Shown here piece after piece: positions 1-8,115 of a DNA stretch of 54,153 nt. The stretch spans positions 1 through 54,153 of the forward strand of contig NVSU01000005.1 in assembly GCA_002401345.1 (NCBI GenBank), given 5' to 3'. The DNA is from Candidatus Wolfebacteria bacterium (GTDB lineage Bacteria; Patescibacteriota; Minisyncoccia; Phycocordibacterales; NVSU01). The notes beneath the pieces were generated by a model. It saw only the letters and a list, made by a program, of their open reading frames with translations. It did no database searches and was not told where the DNA came from. A program made the translations under genes and the position numbers. Positions within the stretch are counted from its first letter, which is position 1; each line of letters opens with the position of its first letter.

Positions 1-111
1 TCAAGAGCGAAGCGATTGATTTTAAAATAGTGCGTTCACCCACAGGGCACAGGTCGTAGCAAGCTTACTTGCGAGATGCGAATCCTACCGGGCGGACAAA
101 AATAAAAAAAC

Positions 112-140
112 CACCCTACTGTGTAGTAGGGTGCTTTTTT
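112..140 (+). terminator. Rho-independent terminator hairpin
   Basis: caccctact-gtgt-agtagggtg perfect 9-bp stem followed by TTTTTT. A preceding A-run makes it potentially bidirectional. Confidence 0.6.
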
Positions 141-152
141 ATATCAATAAAG

Positions 153-161
153 TTATCCACA
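153..161 (+). promoter_or_regulatory. Perfect DnaA-box 9-mer TTATCCACA
   Basis: Exact match to the canonical DnaA box, intergenic, about 10 nt upstream of a candidate -35 element. Confidence 0.4.
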
Positions 162-168
162 GGTATTG

Positions 169-198
169 TTTGCTAGTTTGTATTGTGATCATTATAAT
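169..198 (+). promoter_or_regulatory. Candidate sigma70 promoter (TTTGCT-N18-TATAAT)
   Basis: Perfect TATAAT at 193-198 with a weak -35 at 169-174. No ATG-initiated ORF lies downstream before the terminator at 327-372. Confidence 0.3.
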
Positions 199-204
199 AG
201 TTAC

Positions 205-372
205 AGAGTCGCTTAAAAGAATTTATTTAACTCCGCCGAGGATTTCGGTCTTAAATTTGAAATAAACATCTTCTAAAGTACGACACAATTAGTACATCAC
301 TCACAATAAAATATTCCACTTATTAAAGCCTCTTAAGGTAACGCAACAATCGTCCTTACGGGGCTTTTTTTA
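205..372 (+). ncRNA. Candidate small non-coding RNA, family unknown
   Basis: Stretch of about 165 nt between a TATAAT box and a hairpin plus U-run. I saw no ATG in it. It contains a small ccga-ggat-tcgg hairpin. No match to an RNA family I can recognise. Confidence 0.2.
327..372 (+). terminator. Rho-independent terminator
   Basis: agcctcttaagg pairs imperfectly with ccttacggggct (about 11 bp), followed by TTTTTTT. Confidence 0.5.
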
Positions 373-376
373 TTCC

Positions 377-1105
377 CTATAAAGAAGTCAGGATAAAATG
401 TTCTACATCAATAGAAGTATCTCTATTTGAAGTTCGACTGCCATGATGCAGTGCCACAAGTTGAGATGAAATTTTTTTTAATTCAACAAGCCTGAAATTA
501 GAACTTGCAGCAAAAGCTTTTTTAAATACATACGGATTTAGTCCAGTTTGTTTCACACTCTCTGGATTATTTTTTTTCTCCTTCACCAAAAGTAAACTTT
601 TTATGTACCAAAATAAAATATTAATCACTTCTTCAGATAGTACACCCTTTCGAAGTGCCTTTTGATATAACGTCCATACATTTTTCTTATCTCTCCTGCC
701 ATATGCATCAGTAAGAGAAAATATATTAAATTCACTCTTTGTTTTTACCTCCTTGGGAAGAATAAATGACTTCACCTCTTCAGAGTGTGTATTAAATCGA
801 TCACTTACTTTTTTTAATGCTGATCTCTCAAGCACAATAAAGACATTCTTTGAATTTTTCATATCCTTAAGCTGAGAGAGTATATATTCTTCGTTTTCTT
901 TCTTTTCGAGAATATTTTCAAGCACTATTATGCTTTCTGAACTAAAAAGACTCGAGCTGGAGATATGTTCTTTGAGTGTGTCATGTGTAAAATTTGAATC
1001 ATCAAGTATATACAGGGATTTATCTGATGCATTCAAAGACTGAAGAAGTGCATTGTATGCATCCTTCTTTTGGGAACTATTATCGCCGTAGAAAAAATAG
1101 ATCAT
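377..1105 (-). CDS. holA: DNA polymerase III delta subunit-like (HolA-like)
   Basis: 242-aa ORF. N-terminal IYFFYGDN, LF..IIVLEN, FSLTDAYG and LNPYVFKK motif order follows the HolA pattern. Shorter than proteobacterial HolA. Motif recognition only. Confidence 0.55.
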   Translation of the reverse strand: MIYFFYGDNSSQKKDAYNALLQSLNASDKSLYILDDSNFTHDTLKEHISSSSLFSSESIIVLENILEKKENEEYILSQLKDMKNSKNVFIVLERSALKKVSDRFNTHSEEVKSFILPKEVKTKSEFNIFSLTDAYGRRDKKNVWTLYQKALRKGVLSEEVINILFWYIKSLLLVKEKKNNPESVKQTGLNPYVFKKAFAASSNFRLVELKKISSQLVALHHGSRTSNRDTSIDVEHFILTSL

Positions 1106-1121
1106 ACGAACTTATGTGTAC

Positions 1122-1616
1122 TTAGAGCCAAGTTCTCACTGCCTCCCTATATTCTAAATAATCTTCACCATATGTATCCTTAAGGAACTTCTCTTCACGA
1201 GGAAGAATATATGTGTGGACAAAAATAAACGCAATTATCAGTGCAAAGAAAATAAAAATGGAGTTGATCAATAAACTAAAACCAAGCACAAGAAATACTA
1301 ATCCTAAATATATTGGATTTCGACTAAACTTGTATGGGCCACGCCTAAAATGATGTACCTTAATATTCTCTATTTCGTGTGCCTTATTTTTTCTAGCCAA
1401 GAAGTAAGTTGAATTATGTGCCCAGAATATTAACAGAGGAGCGATAATTAAAAACAATACACCAAGAACAATTGAAATGTCCTCAGGAAGGATACGAATA
1501 TTTACAATAAGATCTACAATAAGACCCACCACGAGTGCGCCAAGATATATGAACGGTGGATAAAATGTCATATGAGATACTATTGTTTCTTTGGTGTGTT
1601 TTTTTTCAGGATTCAT
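1122..1616 (-). CDS. ICMT / phospholipid methyltransferase family membrane protein
   Basis: 164 aa with several hydrophobic helices. RRGPYKFSRNPIYLGLVFLVLG matches the isoprenylcysteine carboxyl methyltransferase family signature. Confidence 0.6.
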   Translation of the reverse strand: MNPEKKHTKETIVSHMTFYPPFIYLGALVVGLIVDLIVNIRILPEDISIVLGVLFLIIAPLLIFWAHNSTYFLARKNKAHEIENIKVHHFRRGPYKFSRNPIYLGLVFLVLGFSLLINSIFIFFALIIAFIFVHTYILPREEKFLKDTYGEDYLEYREAVRTWL

Positions 1617-1752
1617 CCCGTAGTGAAAAATGACATAGCTCTTTGAGGAGCATATATGCCACAGTTTTTTAATTGCTTATATAATTTCGACTTATGTGAT
1701 ACATAATAACGTATACTATTCCCTTAATGTCATTTTCTACTACGGGATTCAT
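1615..1752 (-). repeat. Diverged copy of the MNPV small-ORF / inverted-repeat cassette abutting a start codon
   Basis: 22-nt inverted repeat atcccgtagtgaaaaatgacat (1615-1636) / atgtcattttctactacgggat (1727-1748). Minus-strand ORF ATGAATCCCGTA... (MNPVVENDIKGIVYVIMYHISRNYISN, 1752..1669). The element ends ...ACGGG directly followed by the ATG (1616) of the ICMT-like gene. Confidence 0.5.
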
Positions 1753-1774
1753 AATAATAAAGTATATCACACAA

Positions 1775-4165
1775 CTATACTACTTTCATTTCACCCCAAT
1801 TTGGACCCGATTCGACATTCACGAGCATTGGTATATCTTTTTTACCTTTTCTATACTTCTTAGGAATAGCTTCTTCCATAGCTTCTTTAATAACCTTAGT
1901 TGCCTTTTCAACAGCTTCGTTCTTTATTTCATATACAAGCTCATCATGAACTTGAAGAATAAGATGAGCATCCTTAATAAGCTTTGCATCAACAAGTGCA
2001 CCGTGAGCATCCTTCATAGCAAGCTTAAATATATCTGCAGATGTCCCCTGAATCGGAAAATTCATTGCCATACGTTCTGCAGCTGCTCGCTTGAATGGCA
2101 ATTTTGATTTTATATCAGGAAAATATCTTCTTCTTTCAAAAAGTGTTTCGCTAAATCCCTGTTTCATTGAAAGTGCCTTAATGTTTTCAATGTACGTTTG
2201 TATAGAGGGAAATGATTCAAAATATTCGTCATGAAATTTTTTTGCTTCGGCGCGCGTAGATCCAAGATTTTTCTGAAGTGCAACCACACCCATACCATAC
2301 ATAATTCCAAAGTTTATTACCTTTGCTTTTCGTCGCATGTCAGACGTCACATTATCTTCACTCACCTCAAATACTCTCGCAGCGACAGCTGTGTGAATAT
2401 CATCACCTCTCATAAATGCTTCTCGCAAATATGTATCTTCTGAAAACATAGCCATCACACGAAAATCTATTTGAGAATAATCAAATGCAACCATCGTATG
2501 TCCTGGTGCTGCAACAAATCCATTTCTAATCTTCTTCCCCAGATCTCCTCGAATTGGAATGTTTTGTAAATTTGGATTTGCAGATGCAAATCTTCCAGTA
2601 GTGGTGCCAGTTTGAATGAAGTCAGCATGAAGTCTGTTATCCTTATCTACAAAGGTTGGAATAGGGTCTATATAGGTAGAAAGGAGTTTTTGTAATTCTC
2701 TATATGAAATAATTTCTTTAATTATTGGGTGCACGTCGATGAGCTTTTCAAGCTCTGATATACGAGTCGAACGTGCGCCTCCTGCGCTCTTTTTTAATCC
2801 CTTTGCCCATAACTGAAGTTTATCAAATAGAATTTCTCCCAATTGTTTTGGTGAATTAATATTAAATTCACCGTCTGAATATGTGTAGATTTTTTTTCTA
2901 ATAATCTCTAATTTCTTATGATATTCTTTTGAGAGTTTTTTAAGAAATTCTACATCAATCTGCACTCCTCTTTTTTCCATTTGTTCAACTATTGGAATAA
3001 TTGGGAGTTCAATATTAGTGAAGACGAATTCTAGATTCTTTTCCTTTATTTCTTTTTTAATTACCTCTACAGCTTCCTTAAACAACGTAGTATGAGTATA
3101 TTCCAAAATATCAGTGAGAGATGGTTTGCTCAAATCAGAATTGAGAAGCCACACCGCCAATGCAACCTTTTTAAACTCTATTGGGTCTACTTTTTCTTCT
3201 CCGCCAGCTGGCGGATTTTTTTCTTCGCGAGGTGACGAAACCTCATCTCCTTCGTGCAATACTTTCTTAAATCGATCTAAGAGTGTCCTAAAGCTCAATT
3301 CTATATATAACTTCTCAACATTTTTCTCATCAACACTTTCGCGCCATACCTTCTCAGGATATGAGAACGTAATGGGAGCATCTCTTCTTATAAGTCCAAG
3401 CGTTTTTGAAAACAATGCCTCCTCTTCCCCTTCTCTCAATAGATTTATAATACGAGGCTTAATTCCAACTTTCTCTAATTCCTCAGAATCTTTTTTTATA
3501 GTCTTATATATATTTTCTATTGTTCCAAAATTGGATATCAGTTGAGTTGCGGTCTTTTCACCTATGCCTCTAATGCCGATAATATTATCTGATGGATCAC
3601 CTCGCAATCCTTTATAGTCTGGAAGTAAGGTCGGATCAAATCCATATCTTGCAATGACTGCTTTTTCATCATAGAGAATTGTGTCACTTAATCCTTTCCG
3701 TAATGTATAGACTTGTACTTTCTTTCCAGTCACCAACTGAAGCGTGTCGAGATCACCGGATGCAATAATTATATCTGCATCTTTATCATCTTTTAGTTGT
3801 TCTACTATAGTTCCCAATATATCATCAGCCTCAAATCCTGGTGCATCATATATAGGTATATTGTAAGCTGCGAATACATCTCTGGATCTCTCAAGTTGCT
3901 TTATCAATTCATCATCTGCTTTTGGTCGACCTGCTTTGTAGTCTTTGTAGACCACATGCCTGAATGTCGCTTCTGGTAAGTCATAACATGCAATCACGTA
4001 ATCTGGCTTCAAGTCATTTATAATTTTTAATAACATCGAGGAAAGGCCGTACAGTGCACCTGTTGGCTCTCCTTTTTGAGATACAAAATCCGGCAATGCA
4101 TGATATGCACGATGAATAATCGCATGCGCATCTAGCAATACAACTTTTTTCTTCTTTGCTTTCAT
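1775..4165 (-). CDS. polA: DNA polymerase I with a vestigial 3'-5' exonuclease region
   Basis: 5'-3' exonuclease motifs (VVLLDAHAIIHRAYHA, GFEADD) and family-A polymerase motifs (DYSQIDFRV, RRKAKVINFGIMYGM, QVHDELVYE). Start moved to ATG 4165 because the track start at 4222 is a TTG inside the upstream terminator hairpin. Confidence 0.9.
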   Translation of the reverse strand: MKAKKKKVVLLDAHAIIHRAYHALPDFVSQKGEPTGALYGLSSMLLKIINDLKPDYVIACYDLPEATFRHVVYKDYKAGRPKADDELIKQLERSRDVFAAYNIPIYDAPGFEADDILGTIVEQLKDDKDADIIIASGDLDTLQLVTGKKVQVYTLRKGLSDTILYDEKAVIARYGFDPTLLPDYKGLRGDPSDNIIGIRGIGEKTATQLISNFGTIENIYKTIKKDSEELEKVGIKPRIINLLREGEEEALFSKTLGLIRRDAPITFSYPEKVWRESVDEKNVEKLYIELSFRTLLDRFKKVLHEGDEVSSPREEKNPPAGGEEKVDPIEFKKVALAVWLLNSDLSKPSLTDILEYTHTTLFKEAVEVIKKEIKEKNLEFVFTNIELPIIPIVEQMEKRGVQIDVEFLKKLSKEYHKKLEIIRKKIYTYSDGEFNINSPKQLGEILFDKLQLWAKGLKKSAGGARSTRISELEKLIDVHPIIKEIISYRELQKLLSTYIDPIPTFVDKDNRLHADFIQTGTTTGRFASANPNLQNIPIRGDLGKKIRNGFVAAPGHTMVAFDYSQIDFRVMAMFSEDTYLREAFMRGDDIHTAVAARVFEVSEDNVTSDMRRKAKVINFGIMYGMGVVALQKNLGSTRAEAKKFHDEYFESFPSIQTYIENIKALSMKQGFSETLFERRRYFPDIKSKLPFKRAAAERMAMNFPIQGTSADIFKLAMKDAHGALVDAKLIKDAHLILQVHDELVYEIKNEAVEKATKVIKEAMEEAIPKKYRKGKKDIPMLVNVESGPNWGEMKVV
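3201..3214. repeat. Short form of the in-frame GC-rich palindromic element (ccgccagctggcgg)
   Basis: Perfect 14-nt palindrome inside polA. Its flanks (tttttcttct / attttt ttc) match the flanks of the 44-nt palindrome in virB4 at 34231-34274. Encodes NPPAGGEEK in the polA interdomain linker. Confidence 0.7.
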
Positions 4166-4205
4166 GTTTATTATTGTATCACCAACACCTTGATTCTCAA
4201 TTTCA

Positions 4206-4237
4206 ATAAAAAAACCGCCCAATCAATCCGGCGGTTT
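4206..4237 (-). terminator. Rho-independent terminator of the 4243-4680 gene
   Basis: aaaccgcc / ggcggttt stem with an A-run on the plus strand (U-run on the minus transcript). Confidence 0.6.
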
Positions 4238-4242
4238 AATAT

Positions 4243-4680
4243 TTATAGTTCTTCTAGTTTTCCTAGCTTATTTTCTAATTTTTTTGTCTCATTATTATAC
4301 ACAAGTATCAAATCCTGATATTTTGTATATAAATATTCAGCTTTCTTTATACAATTAAGACTAAGAAGAGAATTTGAAAAGGTCTCAAGTTTTAATTTCT
4401 CATTAGATAAATCTTCAATAACTTCATGAAAGTATATTTTTGCATTCTCAATCCATGGATCCTCTAAAAATTGACTCATTTTATCTATATCAAATTGAGT
4501 AAGGTCATATTTAAGCTTGGCGACAATATATCTGTTAGAAAGTTCCAAATATTTAATCTCAAACGAAAAAGTTGTATCTATACATGTAGAGTAACTAGTA
4601 TCCGTAATTGAATAATCGTTTGAGTGAGATAAGCCTGGAAGAAAAAGTATGGCTATCAACACTAGAGTTATTTTTTTCAT
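4243..4680 (-). CDS. Secreted hypothetical protein
   Basis: 145-aa ORF with N-terminal signal-like MKKITLVLIAILFLPGLSHS. Own promoter and terminator. No family recognised. Confidence 0.5.
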   Translation of the reverse strand: MKKITLVLIAILFLPGLSHSNDYSITDTSYSTCIDTTFSFEIKYLELSNRYIVAKLKYDLTQFDIDKMSQFLEDPWIENAKIYFHEVIEDLSNEKLKLETFSNSLLSLNCIKKAEYLYTKYQDLILVYNNETKKLENKLGKLEEL

Positions 4681-4747
4681 TTTATTCAGTTTTTAAAATT
4701 GGAACTATGTTTGTTTTTTGAATACAAACTTTAATTAACTAGTGAAT

Positions 4748-4775
4748 ATTATATCATAAAATTGAGAAAAGACAA
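4748..4775 (-). promoter_or_regulatory. Sigma70-type promoter (TTGTCT-N16-TATAAT)
   Basis: Read on the minus strand: -35 at 4770-4775, perfect TATAAT at 4748-4753. Confidence 0.5.
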
Positions 4776-4797
4776 GTTTTGCGTGTTCAAAAAAATA

Positions 4798-5286
4798 TTA
4801 TGTGCATTCTTGAATTACTATACTTCTATGTGTTTCATCAACATGAGTTAAGCGTACTTGTATGTGATCATCTGGTAAAATTCCCTTCGCATTGACTGGC
4901 CATTCAATAAAAATTAAATTATCTTTATTACCCATAATTTCCTCCCAACCAAGCGCGAGAAGTTCTTCTTCTTTCTCTATTCTATATGCGTCTATGTGAA
5001 TAAGCTGAGTATAGGGAACATTAATAGTCTTTCCATTAGTTGCTTCAAACGACTTCTGTTCTATAGGATATTTTCTCTCTATAACAAATGTTGGACTGGC
5101 AACCCCTTCTTGAATACCGAGCATGTGAGCCATTTCCTTTGTAAGTGTTGTCTTACCAGAACCCAGGTCTCCATATAGACCAACAACGCGCGCCTTATCT
5201 TTGGCTCGCGGTGTAACCATACTATATGAGAGAATTGCAGATGCTATATCTTTTATCTGAGTTATATCAAAAAATTTTTCTGCCAT
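4798..5286 (-). CDS. tsaE: tRNA t6A37 biosynthesis protein TsaE (YjeE-type P-loop ATPase)
   Basis: GLYGDLGSGKTTLTKEMAHMLGI, SPTFVI and HIDAYRI motifs. Start set at MAEKFF (5286). Confidence 0.8.
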   Translation of the reverse strand: MAEKFFDITQIKDIASAILSYSMVTPRAKDKARVVGLYGDLGSGKTTLTKEMAHMLGIQEGVASPTFVIERKYPIEQKSFEATNGKTINVPYTQLIHIDAYRIEKEEELLALGWEEIMGNKDNLIFIEWPVNAKGILPDDHIQVRLTHVDETHRSIVIQECT

Positions 5287-5340
5287 AATGCTATTGTAAA
5301 GCACAACCCATTTATAAACAACGGAGTATATATTCGGTCA

Positions 5341-5381
5341 CATAACAAAAACCCCTCTAGTAAAGAGGGGTTTTTGTTATG
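5341..5381. terminator. Bidirectional terminator, 18-bp perfect palindrome
   Basis: cataacaaaaacccctct-agtaa-agaggggtttttgttatg. Confidence 0.7.
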
Positions 5382-5395
5382 TGACTATTAATTGA

Positions 5396-7915
5396 TTAGT
5401 CAATTTGGATGTCTTTTCCACCCGGATTTTGAGCATTAAATGCACTAAATGGGTCTAGAGATTCATCTTCCATAGATTCATCAATCATGTCATCGGATAC
5501 TTTTGTTTTCTTAAGATTAAGCTTGTAGTATCTATGACCAAGTACAGAGAGTCCACCGAGTACTACGAATAGAATAATCCATTCAACTACTGAGTTAGGG
5601 AATCCAAAGTCTCCAAAAATTGCTGCTGCTGAAAGAAGGCTACCGTCAGTATCATCGTGCTTCACGTTTTGTAATGCATATGATATTACGTCTTCTCCTG
5701 CTTCAGAATCTGGGTTAGTGAATACAAGAATTCCTGTTGTAATAAGAACCTCTTGTCTTCGTGCCTTTCCAAGCACTTCTCCTTGAATTTTAATTTCTCC
5801 TGTGTCTCCTGATTTAAATTCTCCAATTTCAAGTGTGATTGTATTATCAGATCGTGAGAATGATCCTTCACTTGTCTTTTCAAAACTTATTTCTTCAGGA
5901 AGGATGATTCGAAGTATTGCATCATCTATAGTCTTATTGCTTACGTTCTTGTATTCAATAGTATAGTTTACAGTGTCTCCTACCTCTACGTCATCAAATA
6001 TAGTTCTAAGTGAAAGTGACGCAAGAGATGAATTTCCAGGATCTTGAATTGTTACCACAGGATTTGTTCCTGCCTTAAGTGTTCTAAAGACCACTGTTGT
6101 ATCTCCTGTATCGCTTACGTTTGCATTTGATGCTGACGCTCGGAAGTAATATATTGTATTCGGTTGAAGACCTCTAATTGTGTGAACAAATGACTGAGAT
6201 CCTGTTGATCCAATTGAGTGATCGTGTGTTCGATTATCAACATCTATAGTTTGTCCATAGTTAAACCATGCTACTGTCTCTGCGTTTCCTCCTATAAGAA
6301 TTATTCCGCTTAACTTAGCACTTGTACTTGTGATTGAAGTTGCAACTGTTGTAAATGCTGCAAGTTCATCTGAAGTACCTGTAGTTATAAGACTTCGTAC
6401 GCTTCCACATGTCTGATCAATAGTGTTTTGAGCACATGCTCGGAAGAAATATTCAGTTCCACTTGAAAGACCTGTGAGTGTAAATGGTGATGCGATACTT
6501 ACTGATCCATTACCAAGGTTTTTGTTTCCTACTATAGTGTTCAAATTACTTGAACTTATTCCATACTCATACCACATGTTTGTAGGTGTTCCGTTTGGAA
6601 TAATAGATGAATTCAATATTGCTGAATTAGAAGTAATACTTGAAGCTGGGTTTGTAGCTACAACTGGTGCAAGATCTGAAACCACTGCACTTGTTGTAAA
6701 ACTCAGACTAGATCCACTCGTAGATCCTAAGTCATTTGCTGCAAGAATTCTAAATGTATATGAAGTATCTGAATCAAGGTTACTTACTGTATATCCTGAG
6801 AGAGTAATAAGAGATGTTCCATTTCCAATAGCTTCTGTAAATACAACATTTCCATTAAGTTCGTATGACACAGTTGTAGATGATCCATTAGCATTTACTT
6901 GACCATTCAATACTGCTGAATTTAAAGTAATATCTGAGGCGCTATTTGTAATAGCTGTTGGTATCTCAGCTGAGATTACCTCTGCTGGTAGTGTAGTAAA
7001 ACTAAATCTAGAGCTTGCTACCGTATCAACACTATTAGAAATATGCGCTTTGTAGTAGTAGGTTGTATTTGGAGTAAGTCCGGTAATTGTTTTTTCATAT
7101 TCCGCACTACCTAGAATTGCGTCTATAGAAGTAGATGCTCCTCCTGCAATAGAAGGTGATGTTCCATATTCAAACCAAATGCTTGATTTTACTCCCTTTG
7201 TATCAAATGAAGTAACAAGTGTTGCATCTGTTGCTCCAATATTAGTTGCTGACATTATATCAAGAGTTGGACTTTCAGTATTATTAACATCAGGTGATCC
7301 GCTTACTTCAAATCGCAATACCATTGATCCTTGCTTACAAGAAAGGTTTGAACCTGCACATGAATATTGTGACCTTATAGTTCCAATATTAATTCCACTT
7401 GTGAATATATCTGATTCACTTTGTCCTGCGGGCAATGCAGATGGACTTGTAGATTGGTTTGGATACCACTTTAGGGATCCGTCTACAAATGTAAGATTCT
7501 CAGCATTTGAAATATTTACTGATACTGAGTTCTCAGCTGGCGCTGCAGTCGTTGAATTATCAGCAGTAACTGATCCTGAGAATGAATGAGATGAAGCTTG
7601 CGCACTTGAAGGTGCATCAAGTTGAATAACAGTGTTGAGTGCATCCCAACTACCTGAGTTGTGATACCACACTCGTACATCAATCTCATCACCTGGATCT
7701 GCTGATAGTGATGTTGACCATCCACTGTTCTTAGTTACATTTAACACTTGAACTGTATCTGGATCTGAAGGATCAGAGTTAAATATAGTTACCACTTGCG
7801 CATGTGCCTGTGGTACTGCAAGTAATCCGAATCCAATAAGAATTGACCCTAAAATAATCGCCTTTTTTAGAGCTCGTATTGCATTATATGCAATTGTATT
7901 TGTAATATTTTTCAT
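5396..7915 (-). CDS. Large cell-surface protein with repeated FN3-like modules, a DUF11-like domain and a C-terminal TM anchor
   Basis: 839 aa. N-terminal signal/TM. At least four repeats ending in FN3-like strands (TPNTTYYYKAH, DTSYTFRILA, GTEYFFRACA, PNTIYYFRASA). VGDTVNYTIEYKN resembles the DUF11 repeat. Hydrophobic anchor WIILFVVLGGLSVLG lies near the C-terminus. Confidence 0.65.
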   Translation of the reverse strand: MKNITNTIAYNAIRALKKAIILGSILIGFGLLAVPQAHAQVVTIFNSDPSDPDTVQVLNVTKNSGWSTSLSADPGDEIDVRVWYHNSGSWDALNTVIQLDAPSSAQASSHSFSGSVTADNSTTAAPAENSVSVNISNAENLTFVDGSLKWYPNQSTSPSALPAGQSESDIFTSGINIGTIRSQYSCAGSNLSCKQGSMVLRFEVSGSPDVNNTESPTLDIMSATNIGATDATLVTSFDTKGVKSSIWFEYGTSPSIAGGASTSIDAILGSAEYEKTITGLTPNTTYYYKAHISNSVDTVASSRFSFTTLPAEVISAEIPTAITNSASDITLNSAVLNGQVNANGSSTTVSYELNGNVVFTEAIGNGTSLITLSGYTVSNLDSDTSYTFRILAANDLGSTSGSSLSFTTSAVVSDLAPVVATNPASSITSNSAILNSSIIPNGTPTNMWYEYGISSSNLNTIVGNKNLGNGSVSIASPFTLTGLSSGTEYFFRACAQNTIDQTCGSVRSLITTGTSDELAAFTTVATSITSTSAKLSGIILIGGNAETVAWFNYGQTIDVDNRTHDHSIGSTGSQSFVHTIRGLQPNTIYYFRASASNANVSDTGDTTVVFRTLKAGTNPVVTIQDPGNSSLASLSLRTIFDDVEVGDTVNYTIEYKNVSNKTIDDAILRIILPEEISFEKTSEGSFSRSDNTITLEIGEFKSGDTGEIKIQGEVLGKARRQEVLITTGILVFTNPDSEAGEDVISYALQNVKHDDTDGSLLSAAAIFGDFGFPNSVVEWIILFVVLGGLSVLGHRYYKLNLKKTKVSDDMIDESMEDESLDPFSAFNAQNPGGKDIQID

Positions 7916-8001
7916 AATTATATTGTAAAATCCACTTTAATTAAAAAATAACCTAAAATGGGTTTGACTTATTTAAAATCTATTATTTTATTAACACAGG
8001 G

Positions 8002-8030
8002 ATTGTATCATATATGTATTTATTTGTCAA
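8002..8030 (-). promoter_or_regulatory. Sigma70 promoter (TTGACA-N17-TACAAT)
   Basis: Read on the minus strand: tgtcaa at 8025-8030, attgta at 8002-8007. Confidence 0.6.
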
Positions 8031-8032
8031 TA

Positions 8033-8066
8033 GAAAAAGCCTATCTGGATTAACCAGATAGGCTTT
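8033..8066 (-). terminator. Rho-independent terminator of the 8116-9366 gene
   Basis: agcctatctgg-attaa-ccagataggct stem flanked by an A-run on the plus strand. Confidence 0.65.
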
Positions 8067-8115
8067 GAAAAAATTGGCTTTTTAAGGCTCAGCGTGTACC
8101 ACATTCTGTACCAGC

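Noticed and set aside
1-111. GC-richer sequence at the window start (…cacagggcacaggtcgtagcaagcttacttgcgagatgcgaatcctaccgggcgg…) ending at a terminator. I considered the 3' end of RNase P RNA, SRP RNA or tmRNA.
   Set aside because: The signature motifs I know are absent: ACAGAAnnCGGCUUA for RNase P, GGAAGCAG for SRP, and a tRNA-like CCA end for tmRNA. The segment begins with the aaggag-gaagcga-type motif of the cassette family, so it is more likely another truncated cassette. The 5' part lies outside the window.
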